NCBI GenBank assembly: GCA_030749075.1
Contig: JASMKR010000009.1
Span: 23,296-87,295, forward strand
DNA length: 64,000 bases
Origin: Candidatus Thalassarchaeaceae archaeon
Lineage (GTDB): Archaea > Thermoplasmatota > Poseidoniia > Poseidoniales > Thalassarchaeaceae
Direction: 5' to 3'
The notes beneath the pieces are model-generated. The model did not search any database and was not told where the DNA came from. It saw nothing but the letters and a program-made list of their open reading frames with translations. Position numbers and translations under genes: made by a program. Below are positions 41,787 through 52,500 of the stretch, piece by piece. The first letter of the stretch is position 1, and every line of letters begins with the position of its first letter.

Positions 41787-42590
41787 ATGGCAGAGGGGCC
41801 GGCCATCGAGGTCGACGAGGGAGTCAATGCCTCAGGTGCACTTCTGGTAAGTTGCTTTCCTTCGGTAGGCTTCGTGAGCGCCATCATTGCCCACTATTTG
41901 GTAGATAAACTGGAGCTGGAACTGGTCGGAGGGGTCCGCCATCACAAGCTTCCACCCGTCTGTCTAGTCCAAGACGGGAAGCCGCTGCCGCCGCTGAGAT
42001 TCTATGCGGGAGAGCCGATTTGCAATATGGAGCGCTGCGACAAGGTCATCCTGATTGCCTCAGAGATCCAGGTTCTACCGGAGCTCAGCCTTCCCCTTGC
42101 TACGAGCCTAATCGACTGGATCGTCGAGTCCGGCGTCAGTTCGACGATAATGGTGGACTCGTTCGCCCACGGCGTAGACAGCAGTCACAGCATCTTCGAT
42201 GACGAAGAGGGAATGGAGTCGATGCTCGGCATCGGCTCGACCGATGTCGGCCACAAACTTCTGAAGAGTATTGGGGTGCCCCTGCTCAAACAGGGCATCG
42301 TCGGCGGGATGACCGGCGTCATGATGGGCGAGTGCAGACGGCGGCGGATCGATGCGTTGGCAATCCTCGCAGAATCGGATGGGGAGATTGGTCAGGGTGC
42401 GATACCGGATGCCCGTGCAGCGGCGAGGATCATCACCTGCATGGACGGATTGCTGCCCGCAGTTCACCTCGATCCCGAGCCGCTGCTGGAGGAAGCCCAG
42501 AGGATCGAAGGGCAGATTCGTGACATGATGGCACTGCATCTCAACCCCCCACAGGATGGCGGCAGCGCTCCCAGCGGGATGTACGGCTAA
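41787..42590 (+). CDS. PAC2-family proteasome assembly chaperone (paralog 2)
   Basis: LVSCFPSVGFVSAIIAHYLVDKLEL ... GIVGGMTGVMMGECRRRRIDALAILAE. Same architecture as 33872-34639. C-terminus ends GMYG. Confidence 0.75.
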   Translation: MAEGPAIEVDEGVNASGALLVSCFPSVGFVSAIIAHYLVDKLELELVGGVRHHKLPPVCLVQDGKPLPPLRFYAGEPICNMERCDKVILIASEIQVLPELSLPLATSLIDWIVESGVSSTIMVDSFAHGVDSSHSIFDDEEGMESMLGIGSTDVGHKLLKSIGVPLLKQGIVGGMTGVMMGECRRRRIDALAILAESDGEIGQGAIPDARAAARIITCMDGLLPAVHLDPEPLLEEAQRIEGQIRDMMALHLNPPQDGGSAPSGMYG

Positions 42591-44702
42591 TCAGAACTCA
42601 CCTAGGGTCGCCTGCCGCTCCTCGGGGAGATCCTCGAGCAGGCTCCCACCTAGAAGATTGGCTAAATCGGACTCCGAAATGACTCGGACCCCGAGCCTAT
42701 TGGCCTTGTCGAGTTTGGAGCCTGCGGATTCACCGGCCACGAGGTAATCGAGGTTTCCAGATACGGATGCCATCACTTTTCCACCCTCGGCCTTGATGGA
42801 GAGTGCTATTTCCTTGCGTGGGCGGCTCAGCGTGCCCGAGATGCAGAAACTCGATCCCACGAGCGGTCCTTCGACTGATTTGGGTTCTTCCTCGAGGATC
42901 TCGATTTGGTCGAACAGATCGAGGATCTCACTCTTCCTATCAGAAATCCCGCTGAGGAGAAGGCCTGCCACGGTCTCACCGATTCTGTCTATTGTGACAA
43001 GGCGCTCAATTGCACTCTCCCGATTGTAGATCATTGCCATCAGGTCGTCCATGGTCCTGACCTCCGTGCATATTAGGGAGGCTATCTCAGGGCCGATCCT
43101 AGGCAGCCCCAATGCCGAGATGAAGGTGCTGAGGGTCATGGAGCGACTAGCCTCCAACTCCTCGAGGATATTGTTCGCAGACTTCTCAGCCATCCTTTCC
43201 AGACTCATCAACTCCTGCTCCCTATCACTGAGACGGTACAGGTCAGCAAGGCTCTCTACTAGGCCAGTCGAGCAAAGTTGCTCCGCCAGCTTCTCCCCAA
43301 TTCCATCCATTCCGAGTTTCCTGCACCAATACAGAATAGAACGCTCGAGACGAGAGGGGCAATCGAGGTTGGTACAGCGTATGAAGGCCCCCTCTTCGAT
43401 AAGTTCCGTCGTGCAGCGCGGGCAGACCTTGGGTATGTCGACCTCCTCCCTATTGGGAAGGGAGCCTGCGAAGGGGGTCCCATCTGCATGGAGCCTGCCG
43501 TGCAAGTCCGATTCCTCAGCAGGTCCGATGACCTCGATGATCTTGGGAATGACGTCCCCCCGACGCACAATCCTCACCTTGTCGCCGATCATGACTCCCA
43601 AGCGTCCGACCTCTCCGCGGTTGTGGAGCGTAGTGCTCTCAACAGTCACACCCGAGACCGTGACTGGGGCCACTCTGGACACCGGCGTCACGTTCCCCGT
43701 CCTCCCGGTCTGCCAGTTTACTTCCATGAGGACGGTCACCGCCTCCTCGGGGGGGAACTTCCACGCTAGTGCCCATCTGGGGTGGTGAGCGGTCATTCCG
43801 AGGAGCTCGCGCTTGTCCAGGCGGTCGAGCTTGACCACCACGCCGTCAATCTCCCAGACGGCCGAGTCGCGAGATTCGTACCAGTGTCTCGCGACGGATA
43901 GGATCTCCGCGGTTGTGGCCACTTCGTCGTCACCGGAGACAACGAAGTTGCCAGCGACCTCTATCCCGACCTCCTGAAGCCAGGATATAGCTTCGGAGTC
44001 GAGCTTGAATGGCGGGGGGTCGGGGCTCTCAGGATGACGTTCGGAGCCAGTTGGGAATTCAACTCCGAAGGCTAGGAAGATGAGGTCCTCAGGGCTCCCC
44101 TTGCCCGTATCGGCGTACTTCTGGCGCAGGGACCCGGCTGCTAGGTTTCTTGGGTTTGGAGCCACATCGGAGTACTTTTCCCTGAATACCGCTAATGGCA
44201 TCACCACTTCGCCCCTGACGTGGCAGTCGCCCTTCCAATCGATCGCTTCCGGGAGGTTCGACAGGCGTCTCACGTTGGCCGTGACGTCCTCTCCCCTGAC
44301 GCCGTTTCCTCTCGTGGACGCCCTTACCAACCGCCCCCTTCTGTACTCCAAGGACAGTGCTGAGCCATCCAGCTTCGGCTGGCACACGAATCTCCTGCCT
44401 TGAGCGGTGGTCTCGGCGACGAAATGAGCGACTTCGTCTTCGGTGCTGGCCTTGTCTAGGCTAAGCATGGGAAACAGGTGATTCACCTTGATGGATCCTG
44501 GAGGGGGGTCTGAGCCCACCCTGCTCAATTGGGGGTGGTCTGGTGAGAGGAGGCTCAATTCGTCCCAAAGTAAGTCGAATTCGGCATCGGGAATCTCGGG
44601 CTTCGCCTTGTTGTAATAGAGATCTGAATGGAGTTCGACCTGCTCTGCGAGCCAGGCGATTCTGGCGCGATTGCCGTCCTTGGTGGGGGGCTCCGCTACC
44701 AT
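42591..44702 (-). CDS. ligA: NAD-dependent DNA ligase (bacterial LigA type)
   Basis: Adenylation motif CQPKLDGSALSLEY (KxDG). Zn-finger Cys CPRCTTELIEEGAFIRCTNLDCP. HhH region and C-terminal BRCT-like FCISGTL. Start trimmed to ATG 44702 because the track ORF runs into tRNA-Pro. Confidence 0.9.
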   Translation of the reverse strand: MVAEPPTKDGNRARIAWLAEQVELHSDLYYNKAKPEIPDAEFDLLWDELSLLSPDHPQLSRVGSDPPPGSIKVNHLFPMLSLDKASTEDEVAHFVAETTAQGRRFVCQPKLDGSALSLEYRRGRLVRASTRGNGVRGEDVTANVRRLSNLPEAIDWKGDCHVRGEVVMPLAVFREKYSDVAPNPRNLAAGSLRQKYADTGKGSPEDLIFLAFGVEFPTGSERHPESPDPPPFKLDSEAISWLQEVGIEVAGNFVVSGDDEVATTAEILSVARHWYESRDSAVWEIDGVVVKLDRLDKRELLGMTAHHPRWALAWKFPPEEAVTVLMEVNWQTGRTGNVTPVSRVAPVTVSGVTVESTTLHNRGEVGRLGVMIGDKVRIVRRGDVIPKIIEVIGPAEESDLHGRLHADGTPFAGSLPNREEVDIPKVCPRCTTELIEEGAFIRCTNLDCPSRLERSILYWCRKLGMDGIGEKLAEQLCSTGLVESLADLYRLSDREQELMSLERMAEKSANNILEELEASRSMTLSTFISALGLPRIGPEIASLICTEVRTMDDLMAMIYNRESAIERLVTIDRIGETVAGLLLSGISDRKSEILDLFDQIEILEEEPKSVEGPLVGSSFCISGTLSRPRKEIALSIKAEGGKVMASVSGNLDYLVAGESAGSKLDKANRLGVRVISESDLANLLGGSLLEDLPEERQATLGEF

Positions 44703-44760
44703 GTTGTTCCCACCGGGGTGACACCCTTCAAACTGACCTCTGGGTGTGGAAAAGGGTGAA

Positions 44761-44838
44761 TGGTGGGCCTGCCAGGATTTGAACCTGGGTCGCGCGGCCC
44801 CCAGCCGCGAAGTATAGGCCAAACTAACCTACAGGCCC
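44761..44838 (-). tRNA. tRNA-Pro (anticodon GGG), CCA encoded
   Basis: Minus strand: GGGCCTG...CGCGG-CTGGGGG-CCGCG-CGAC-CCAGG-TTCAAAT-CCTGG-CAGGCCC-A-CCA. Acceptor, anticodon and T arms pair perfectly and G37 is present. D-arm pairing is weak or unusual in my hand fold. Confidence 0.8.
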
Positions 44839-44886
44839 TTGGGCTTGCCTCGGGAGCGGGTTCGGGGTCAAAGCCCTGACGGAGGC

Positions 44887-45099
44887 TCAGGACTGGGACT
44901 GGCGATCGACGCTGAAGGGAGCGACTTCGTCAATCAGGTCGATGTGCCCCACGAACATCCTCCTGCAGCAGTATCGCTCGAACCCGAGATCGTCTAGGGT
45001 CTTACCCGGGTCATTGCCGGCATCAACTGCGTCCTTGAACTCCTGATACTTGTGAGCGATGACCTTGCCACAACTCCAACATCTGACTGGAATTAACAT
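44887..45099 (-). CDS. rpoN: DNA-directed RNA polymerase subunit N (Rpo10)
   Basis: [21 protein letters not shown] ... [20 protein letters not shown]. Start trimmed to ATG 45099. Confidence 0.9.
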   Translation of the reverse strand: MLIPVRCWSCGKVIAHKYQEFKDAVDAGNDPGKTLDDLGFERYCCRRMFVGHIDLIDEVAPFSVDRQSQS

Positions 45100-45107
45100 G
45101 GGTGCCA

Positions 45108-45548
45108 CTACCTGTACGACTTCTGCCATTTCTTTCGAGCGCCGCGGCCCATTTGATGCTTGGGTTCCTTTCGGCGGGGATCGTTCACCAGCAGAGTGCG
45201 GTCGAAATCTAGGTACACATCCCTCAGTTCCTCGTCCTCGCCCTCTGCACCGTCGTTGTAGAAGACTAGGCCTCGAGCGATTGCAGTTCTGATCGCATCC
45301 ACCTGGCCCATCTGGCCACCGCCCTTGACGTCAACGGCGATGTCCACCCGATCGAGCCGTTTCATCGCCTCAGCGATCTTGATTGGCTCCAAGGCCTTCC
45401 TTCGTGCCAGAGTCGGTTCCATGATGTGGATCGGCTTTCCGTTGACTCGGACTCTTCCTTGGCCCTCCTTGACTGTGGCACGGGCAATAGCGGTCTTGCG
45501 CTTGCCGCTCGAGTTGACTACCTTAGGTGCCTTCTTCGCCATGCTCAC
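45108..45548 (-). CDS. rps9: 30S ribosomal protein S9 (uS9)
   Basis: [23 protein letters not shown] ... [19 protein letters not shown] ... C-terminal KKWQKSYR. 4-nt overlap with rpl13. Confidence 0.9.
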   Translation of the reverse strand: MSMAKKAPKVVNSSGKRKTAIARATVKEGQGRVRVNGKPIHIMEPTLARRKALEPIKIAEAMKRLDRVDIAVDVKGGGQMGQVDAIRTAIARGLVFYNDGAEGEDEELRDVYLDFDRTLLVNDPRRKEPKHQMGRGARKKWQKSYR

Positions 45549-46027
45549 TCACCGCCCCATCTGGTTGCATCGACTCCTAAGTGTGAACTTATATCACCCA
45601 AGCGCACGAACTTGTTGGGGAACTTGCGGTCTATGTTTACGGTATCGCCCCACTCATGATCGTCCGGCAACTTGTCACCGGAGAGGTTGGGAGGTGCTCC
45701 AATCATGACCCGTAGGTCCCTTAATGCGCCTCGACCACTGCTGTTCTTCTGATAGGGGAGCATTCCACGAACCGTCCGCTTGATTATCTTGTCAGGCATC
45801 CTAGGGAAGAACGGGCCTTTCCTTGCGTGATTGAGATTGTACTTCGCCCTGTAGTCGCTGAAAACCTTAGTCCTAGGCCCGGACACGATTGCTCCCTCGG
45901 CGTTGATGACGATGACTCGATGCTGCTTGCCAGCCTTGCGGGCCGAAATCATCTCCTTGGCGACTTGGCTAGCCAGACGCCCTAGGACCTTGTCCTTCGC
46001 ATCATAGACAGTGGTCGGTTCAGACAA
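45545..46027 (-). CDS. rpl13: 50S ribosomal protein L13 (uL13)
   Basis: VYDAKDKVLGRLASQVAKEM ... VINAEGAIVSG ... RTVRGMLPY. Canonical archaeal L18e-L13-S9-RpoN gene order. Confidence 0.9.
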   Translation of the reverse strand: MSEPTTVYDAKDKVLGRLASQVAKEMISARKAGKQHRVIVINAEGAIVSGPRTKVFSDYRAKYNLNHARKGPFFPRMPDKIIKRTVRGMLPYQKNSSGRGALRDLRVMIGAPPNLSGDKLPDDHEWGDTVNIDRKFPNKFVRLGDISSHLGVDATRWGGE

Positions 46028-46400
46028 GGATTCTCACCCCCTTGCCATTGGGGTTCTCTTCCATGAGCTCGCGAATGCTGAGGGTCCTTCCGCCGGAGCC
46101 CTCGATCTTGGTCCTAGCTCCGCTGCTGAAGCTGTACGCAGCGACCGTCTGCCCGGGATTGATCTCACCGCTACCGAGGACCTTTCCTGGAACCAAGATA
46201 GTATCCTTCTTGGCAGCGTGTCTAGAGAGATGGCTCAGGTTCGGTTCGGCCCAATTCTTGCGGCTGGCTTCGAGTCTCCGTGCAATGTCACGCCACAGAG
46301 CAGAGCCAGTCGACCGGCTATGGTCTCTCAAATCATCAATCAGTGACACCAGAGCCTGATTGGACTTCTTGCTGGCTTTACTCACGGCAATCGCTCCCAT
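46020..46400 (-). CDS. rpl18e: 50S ribosomal protein L18e (eL18)
   Basis: SKKSNQALVSLIDDLRDHSRSTGSALWRDIARRLEASRKNWAEPNLSHLSRH ... VPGKVLGSGEI. Start trimmed to ATG 46400 (126 aa, the typical size). Confidence 0.85.
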   Translation of the reverse strand: MGAIAVSKASKKSNQALVSLIDDLRDHSRSTGSALWRDIARRLEASRKNWAEPNLSHLSRHAAKKDTILVPGKVLGSGEINPGQTVAAYSFSSGARTKIEGSGGRTLSIRELMEENPNGKGVRILV

Positions 46401-46505
46401 AGGGTGGGTAGCGCGGCCACCCGAGTCGGTGTTATGAATCCTACGGGACGCCCCGGAGGGGCGACCGGGCCCGTCAACGAAGGGTGATGGCTGTCCCGGG
46501 GGCAA

Positions 46506-49500
46506 CTAGATTCTAAACCCTTCATCATCCACAGAATCGTCAATCCCTGCAAACCTGACTTGGCCTTCTGAATCCACAAACTGACCTGCCTTCGTGGAGG
46601 AATCATAGAGCCTTGAATCAGTAGCCGCGGTCCTCGAGAGCATGCTGTCGCCCAAGGCATTGTTCATTCGACCGATTATTGACTGGAAGACCTGGATGGC
46701 CCGGTCGCGTTGGCCGGATCCAATTTCATGGTCCGAGTACCTGGCCTCTTCGAATAACGAGAAGAAGAGGTCGAGTTCCTCTGGCGGAATAACGCCTCCA
46801 AGCATGTTGTTAATGACATCCTCGAATTCCCTAGTTGTCTCGAATACCTTCTTCATGGCTCCTCTCGATCTGAAGTACTTGATTAGGTCCTTGTAGCACT
46901 TGAATATCGTCTCGATATAGTCGTTGGAGGCCTTCAATGACATCAGGGAATCCGTCAGAATGCCCCTAAGAATCTCGATCTTGCGACGTTCGCGATAGTT
47001 CTGGTACATTATCGCACTAACCAGCAGCAAGGCAGATGACGCTATGCCAGAGATCACCAGCACCTGGGTTGTCAGGAAGCTCTCCCTCGCATCCACTATC
47101 GGGTCACCGAGGTAGATAATCGGGGTGCTGTTGAGGTACTGCTCAACAAAGAACGGGCGGTTGGCGTCGATCGACTGGAAGTGGACCAGGATGCGCCATT
47201 TTCCTTCAACGGCCTCGACTTCGGTTCCCTCACCGGGCACCACGGTGGCGGTGTAGGGCAGTGTGAAGTTGGCAGAGCCTCGTTCGTTCGTGGTCACGAT
47301 ATCGACTCTGAAGGTCTCCCAACCGGAGCCGTTCCAGAACTGGATGAAAAAGTCGACTCTCTGACCCTCGACGGTCAGGTCTAGCCTGTCCCGGAGGATT
47401 GCAACTTCTCCTTCTATGATGTCCCCATCTTGATAACCAACAGGACTGGACCAATGCTCTTTCAGGAGGATGTCTACCTTGCTCCTGACGAGAATCTCGA
47501 TATCAGTATAAGACGAGTTGACCACAGGATTCGCCTCAGCCCTGCAACCCCCGGGAATTTCCCTGTCAGGCTCATAGGCGACCCTGACTGTCCTGAAGCC
47601 CTCGAGCTTGGTTCCACTTGGCTCGACTCCCCTCCTACTTGGGTTGTCATCTGGGTCGGCGGAATACCACTCGAACTCGCCTGTTCCATCTGTTGTAATC
47701 GCAGTTGCGACCGGACGAGTGTTGATAGCGGGATCGAGGTAGATATTGAGGCACTTGCCGCCAATCGGCTTTCCGTTGGTCTGACTCAGTTTGGCGTTGA
47801 TGTGGAAGGCCTCCTTGAGGTATAGGATCTCGAAGGTGGATCCGTTCGGGAAGGTATAGGTGATGTAGTCCGACCTGAAAGGACCGACTTCGGAGATTGC
47901 TACGCTAGAGTTAGAGAAAACCGGGAAGAACTTCGTAACACTGGCGTTGTGGTAGCGGTACCTGTCGTTATTCTCGAAGGAGTTGAATTCGACTCTGACC
48001 TTTGCCTGTCCGGCCTCCACGCCCGAGAGTGGGCAGATGATTTCGAAAAAGCCGTTTTCGTCGGTGATTCCGGGAATGCAAGCGGAGATTCCCTTTTCAC
48101 TGGTGTCCATCTCGTACGTCACTCGAATATTTCTGTTAGAGAGGTTGCCCCCCAACTCATCGAGAAGCTGCCCTGTAACTATCATCGGCTTCTCGATGGC
48201 CTGACCAGTGTTCGGATCAATCTCTGATGTGTACACTATCTGATCGTCAACCTTGAGGTTGGTCCTGCCGATTAGGCTGAAGCCATCAATCTGGAACTGC
48301 ATGACCTTCCTGAAGTGATCGCTATTCTGGATAGTCACGCAGGGGTCCCATGCACCGGACGTGGTTAACATCTCAATGTTCAAGGGTTCGCAGCCCTCGT
48401 GAGGGAGGTTCTCCTCGAACCTGAGGATGACGTTTACGGGCCCGAAGCCATCCGGCAGGAAGGAAAATGGGTCGTCTCTGAGTAGCTGTGGGTCCAGTAT
48501 CTTCTCATAATGGATTGTACCCGCTACCGGACACAAGGTCTGTACTATCTGCCTAAACGTCCTGTCCTCGAAGTCGATGCCCTCAAGGATGACAGAGACG
48601 TTCCCCCCTAGTTCTCCGCAGCCGGAGAGCGCTTGGCCGAGATCTTTCTCGAAGGCAGTTCTGTTATCGTCGGTTACCTGAGCGGTGAATTCCCACATGT
48701 CACCGCTCGACCTGATGTTCGGAGTAGTGCTAACGATGCTGATGTAAGTGCGCGATACCACCCACAAGTGTATCTCCGCGGAATTGCCCTGACGGAGGGT
48801 GTCGCCGAGGTAGGAGAAGGCCAGGGTGAAATTGCCGAGTTCATGAAGGTCGTCGATGGTTAGATTAACCTTGAAAACGCCGTTGTTGTCGGTGATTGCA
48901 ATGCCGCTTGAGCCATCTGCTGACCAATTGTAGTTCACGGGGACCTCCCTGACTGGCTGGTATGCGTTGTCAATCAGTCGTGCCTCCACGGTCGTGTTTT
49001 GACCGCGATAGAGGCGGGGCACGTTATTGAGTTGAAAGTCCGTAGTACCAATCACGGTGACGTTTGCATAGGCGCCGGTGGCCGCCAAAACAGCCGATTG
49101 GTTACCAGTGAAGTAGAAGTCGGACATGGTAAAATCGGCCTTGATGCCGAATGTTCCAGCGGGATAGTGTGAGAACCAAGTCCAATTGTAATCGAATCTC
49201 GCCTCGCCTTCTATCATCGATGGCCTTCGGGAGAAAGCCGTCTCTAGGCTGCCTGCGAAGACGTTGTTCTTGTCTAGGTCCACTTGCAGGGCCAACGGGT
49301 CCTGAGCCCACGGGAATAGGGTCCTGTTCCAAACAGAGCCGACGACCCTGAGGGTCTCACCTGTGAACATCTCAGGAACTATCTCGCACCTGATGTCGCT
49401 ATTGGGATCCAAAGGATTGACCGGCCCGCAGGGCGGGGAGTCGAAATCCGCTCCGTTCTGCATGGTTATGGTCCAATGTGTTCCGTTCGAGTCTAGGAAG

Positions 49501-52500
49501 GGCATGAGTCTGCCCCCAGCAACGTCGGCGAGTCCCTGCGGTGTACCATCCCAGAGAATAGGGTATGGCTTTCCGAGGCTTGCCTCTGCGTACTCCACAC
49601 CTGCATTCACCAAGGAGGGGGCATGGAAGAGGGCCCGCCACGCTCCAAAGGAGGAGCCCGTGAACTGGGTCCCATCCCAGAAGTACACGGGTCTGAAGGA
49701 TGAAGCAATAAGCTCCGCTTCTACGTACATGCGATGCATGGAGCGGATGAAGAAGGAATCTGTCTTGGAGCCCTCTAGATATGGCCAAGGCCACTCATCA
49801 CCGAGATCTGGTCTCGAAAATCCGATGAAGCTGTAGTCTCCTACTGGGAGGCTGGTATTTGTGTAGGTATATGGGCCCAAAACGGTGTGGCGCTTCGAGT
49901 TATTGTCCCAGATTATCTCCTCGTACCCACCTGTAGGTACGCCGGGACCGTTGTCCAGCAGCGAGTTCCACTGCACCTGCTTCCAGATTCCCTGATTGCC
50001 ACTGGTCTGGACGAATGAAAGGGACACCCAGCCACCAGAATCGGCACGGTACCCATATCCGTAGCCGTCGAAGACGGTAGGGTGGGTGATATTGCCGAAG
50101 GGGTCTCCGCTGATGGTGAAGGATACGGGGGCGTGTACCAGTCTGTTGTCGAAAATCCCGCGTTCGTAGTCAGCTGTATAGTGGACTTTGAAATCGAGCT
50201 TGAGGGGTTGTTCGTCGGATCTGAACCTTTGACCCGCAACGAAGCCGACGGTAGTGTTGGCCCTGATCTCGACGGGGAATTTGTCGGAGACGCTATAGTT
50301 GTGGAGGAACATCTCGGTGACCTCCGCATAGACGCTATAGGTCGTGTTCGCGCCAACGCTCAAGTCCTCTGGGAAGAGGAATTGGCCAACGATGAACCTG
50401 CCGATGTCATCCGTGAGCACGTCAATGGTCTCGAGAGCGGACGTCATGTTCCTAGTGTATTCGATATGGACTTGGACTGGTAGTTGGGGGGCTGGGACGA
50501 ATGATCCAGTGTCGGGGTCTACCATGTACACGGTGCCATTGAATATCGCTGGTCTGTTCTGATCAAGCCACAGCACCGGTTGGGTAGTCAAGGAGATTCG
50601 GGTGAATATCTTGTCGTCGTCATCGAGTATGCCGTTGTTATCCGAGTCCCAGTCAGAGCTGCCTCCGTCGAACTCCTCAAACTTGTTGTCAGCATTGGGT
50701 TGGTCCCCGATGGAAGGGTCGTTCCAATCGAGGTCAAGCCTGCCGTCGGAGTCGTCGTCCATATCGATAGAGTCTGGCCCAGTGGTGTTATTCATTGGAT
50801 TGGCGATGCCGAATCCTTCGCCGAAGTCATCGTGGTCCCAGGGGTTGGTCGATTCACTACCAAACCTAGAAGGCCATAGCATAATCTCGTCCTCGTCCTT
50901 CATTCCATCGGCATCGTCATCCTCGTCGATGTCGTCTCGAATGCCGTCATTGTCGTGGTCCCAGGGAGAGACCATAGGCACTGCGAATTGCAATTCGAGG
51001 CTGTTGGGGATTCCATCCCCGTCCCAGTCGTCGTCGGCCCAATTCAAGATTCCGTCATTGTCGTGGTCCCAGGTTCTCTGCTCCTCGCCAACGAAGCATT
51101 CCTCGTACTCTTCTTGAACGGAGTCTGGGAGGCCATTATTGTCGTCATCGGGGTCCTCTCCATCCGGGACTCCGTCATTGTCGTTGTCAACGTCGTAGTA
51201 CTCCGGAAACAGCAGACCCTGTCCCAGCACGCCCTTGTCCCAGACGGCCTGATACCATCCATCCCCATCGGGATCTGTATCCAAGCCATCGTCGTCCTCG
51301 TCCTCGCAGTTGGTACCGGTGAAGTAGTAGGGTTCCTCGATTCCCGCATCGTCGTCGAGATCGTCGTTGGAATCGACCTCGAAGTAGTCCCAAACGCCGT
51401 CGTTGTCATCGTCGACGTCGAAGTGATCGTACACAATGTCCCAATCGTCGTCGAGATCGTTGGTGTTATTGAACATGCAATTTGGCGTGAAGGAGAATGC
51501 TGGCATCGGTTGCCCGCAGTCGATGTCAGGGTCCTCGAAGTCGTCCAACCTGTCCGCAACCTCGTCGGGGAACAGATTGCCGTTGGAATCTGAGTTCCAG
51601 CTGAATAGGCCTCGATTCAGTCCGACGTAGGCAATCCACAGATCTCGGTTGTTCTTGATCTCGCTGTAAGTGACCGCAGCGGATGGGGCGGGGTTGCTTC
51701 CGGGGTCGAAGGTGAACCAGAAGCAGTTGCTATCGCAATCATTCTGCCCCTGGGAGTTGCTTCCATCGTAGGAGCCATCCTCGTGTTCCGAATCGGGGCG
51801 GCTGCTGTAGGGCACGGTGAAGAGATTCTGATTGGCCCAAGTGGGAGTCATCAGGGGATATCCGTACAGCCAAGCGTAGTTCAGGCCGCAATCACGCTCG
51901 ATGAGCTGCCCGCCATAGATTGCATTGTACAGGGTGGTGCCGCAAGAATTGCCGTCGAATGTTCCACCCATCTTGATGTCATTGACATCGAGAACGCCGT
52001 CGTTGCCCTCGTCCTGATCCCACCAGTCGGGCAACCCATCCGCGTCCTGATCGACGTCGATTCCATTGACGAGCGAGTCGCCATCGGTATCGATATCGAA
52101 GAAGTTGTTTCCATTGTACGGACTCCACTTCATGATGAGGTACCAGTAGAACTCCGGTATTTTGCCGTTGATTCGCGGGAATGATAGGTCCCCCGAGTAG
52201 CCATTGAAGTTCAGAAGGAAGTTGTTCTCCTCGTTGAACGGGTTGAAGCCCCAGGTCATGTTCCAGTAGTAGGTGTAAGCGACGTCATTGGGATATGGTC
52301 GGAGTTGGCTGCCATCCTCTGAGCCATCGATTGCCTCGCCATCGTCCTGAGGGTAGCTCCAACCGCCATCGAACGGGTCGGTGTTGTCCGTGTCTACGAA
52401 GCCGCAGTTGCCGTCGTCGGGATCGTAGTAGTCGTTGATGCCATCGTTGTCGTCGTCCCAATCCTCGTCATTCTGCAGCCCGTCACCGTCGACATCCGTG

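Noticed and set aside
44703-44822. N-terminal 40-codon extension of the ligA ORF, and likewise 38137-38202 on the CPA-like ORF
   Set aside because: The extensions run into tRNA-Pro (44761-44838) and tRNA-Arg (38191-38267) respectively. Internal ATGs (44702, 38136) give normal N-termini.
46449-46463. GC hairpin CGCCCC-GGA-GGGGCG just downstream of the giant gene stop, as a possible terminator
   Set aside because: Archaeal termination generally relies on T-tracts rather than hairpins, and no T-run follows on the transcribed strand. A 6-bp GC stem is expected by chance in GC-rich DNA.
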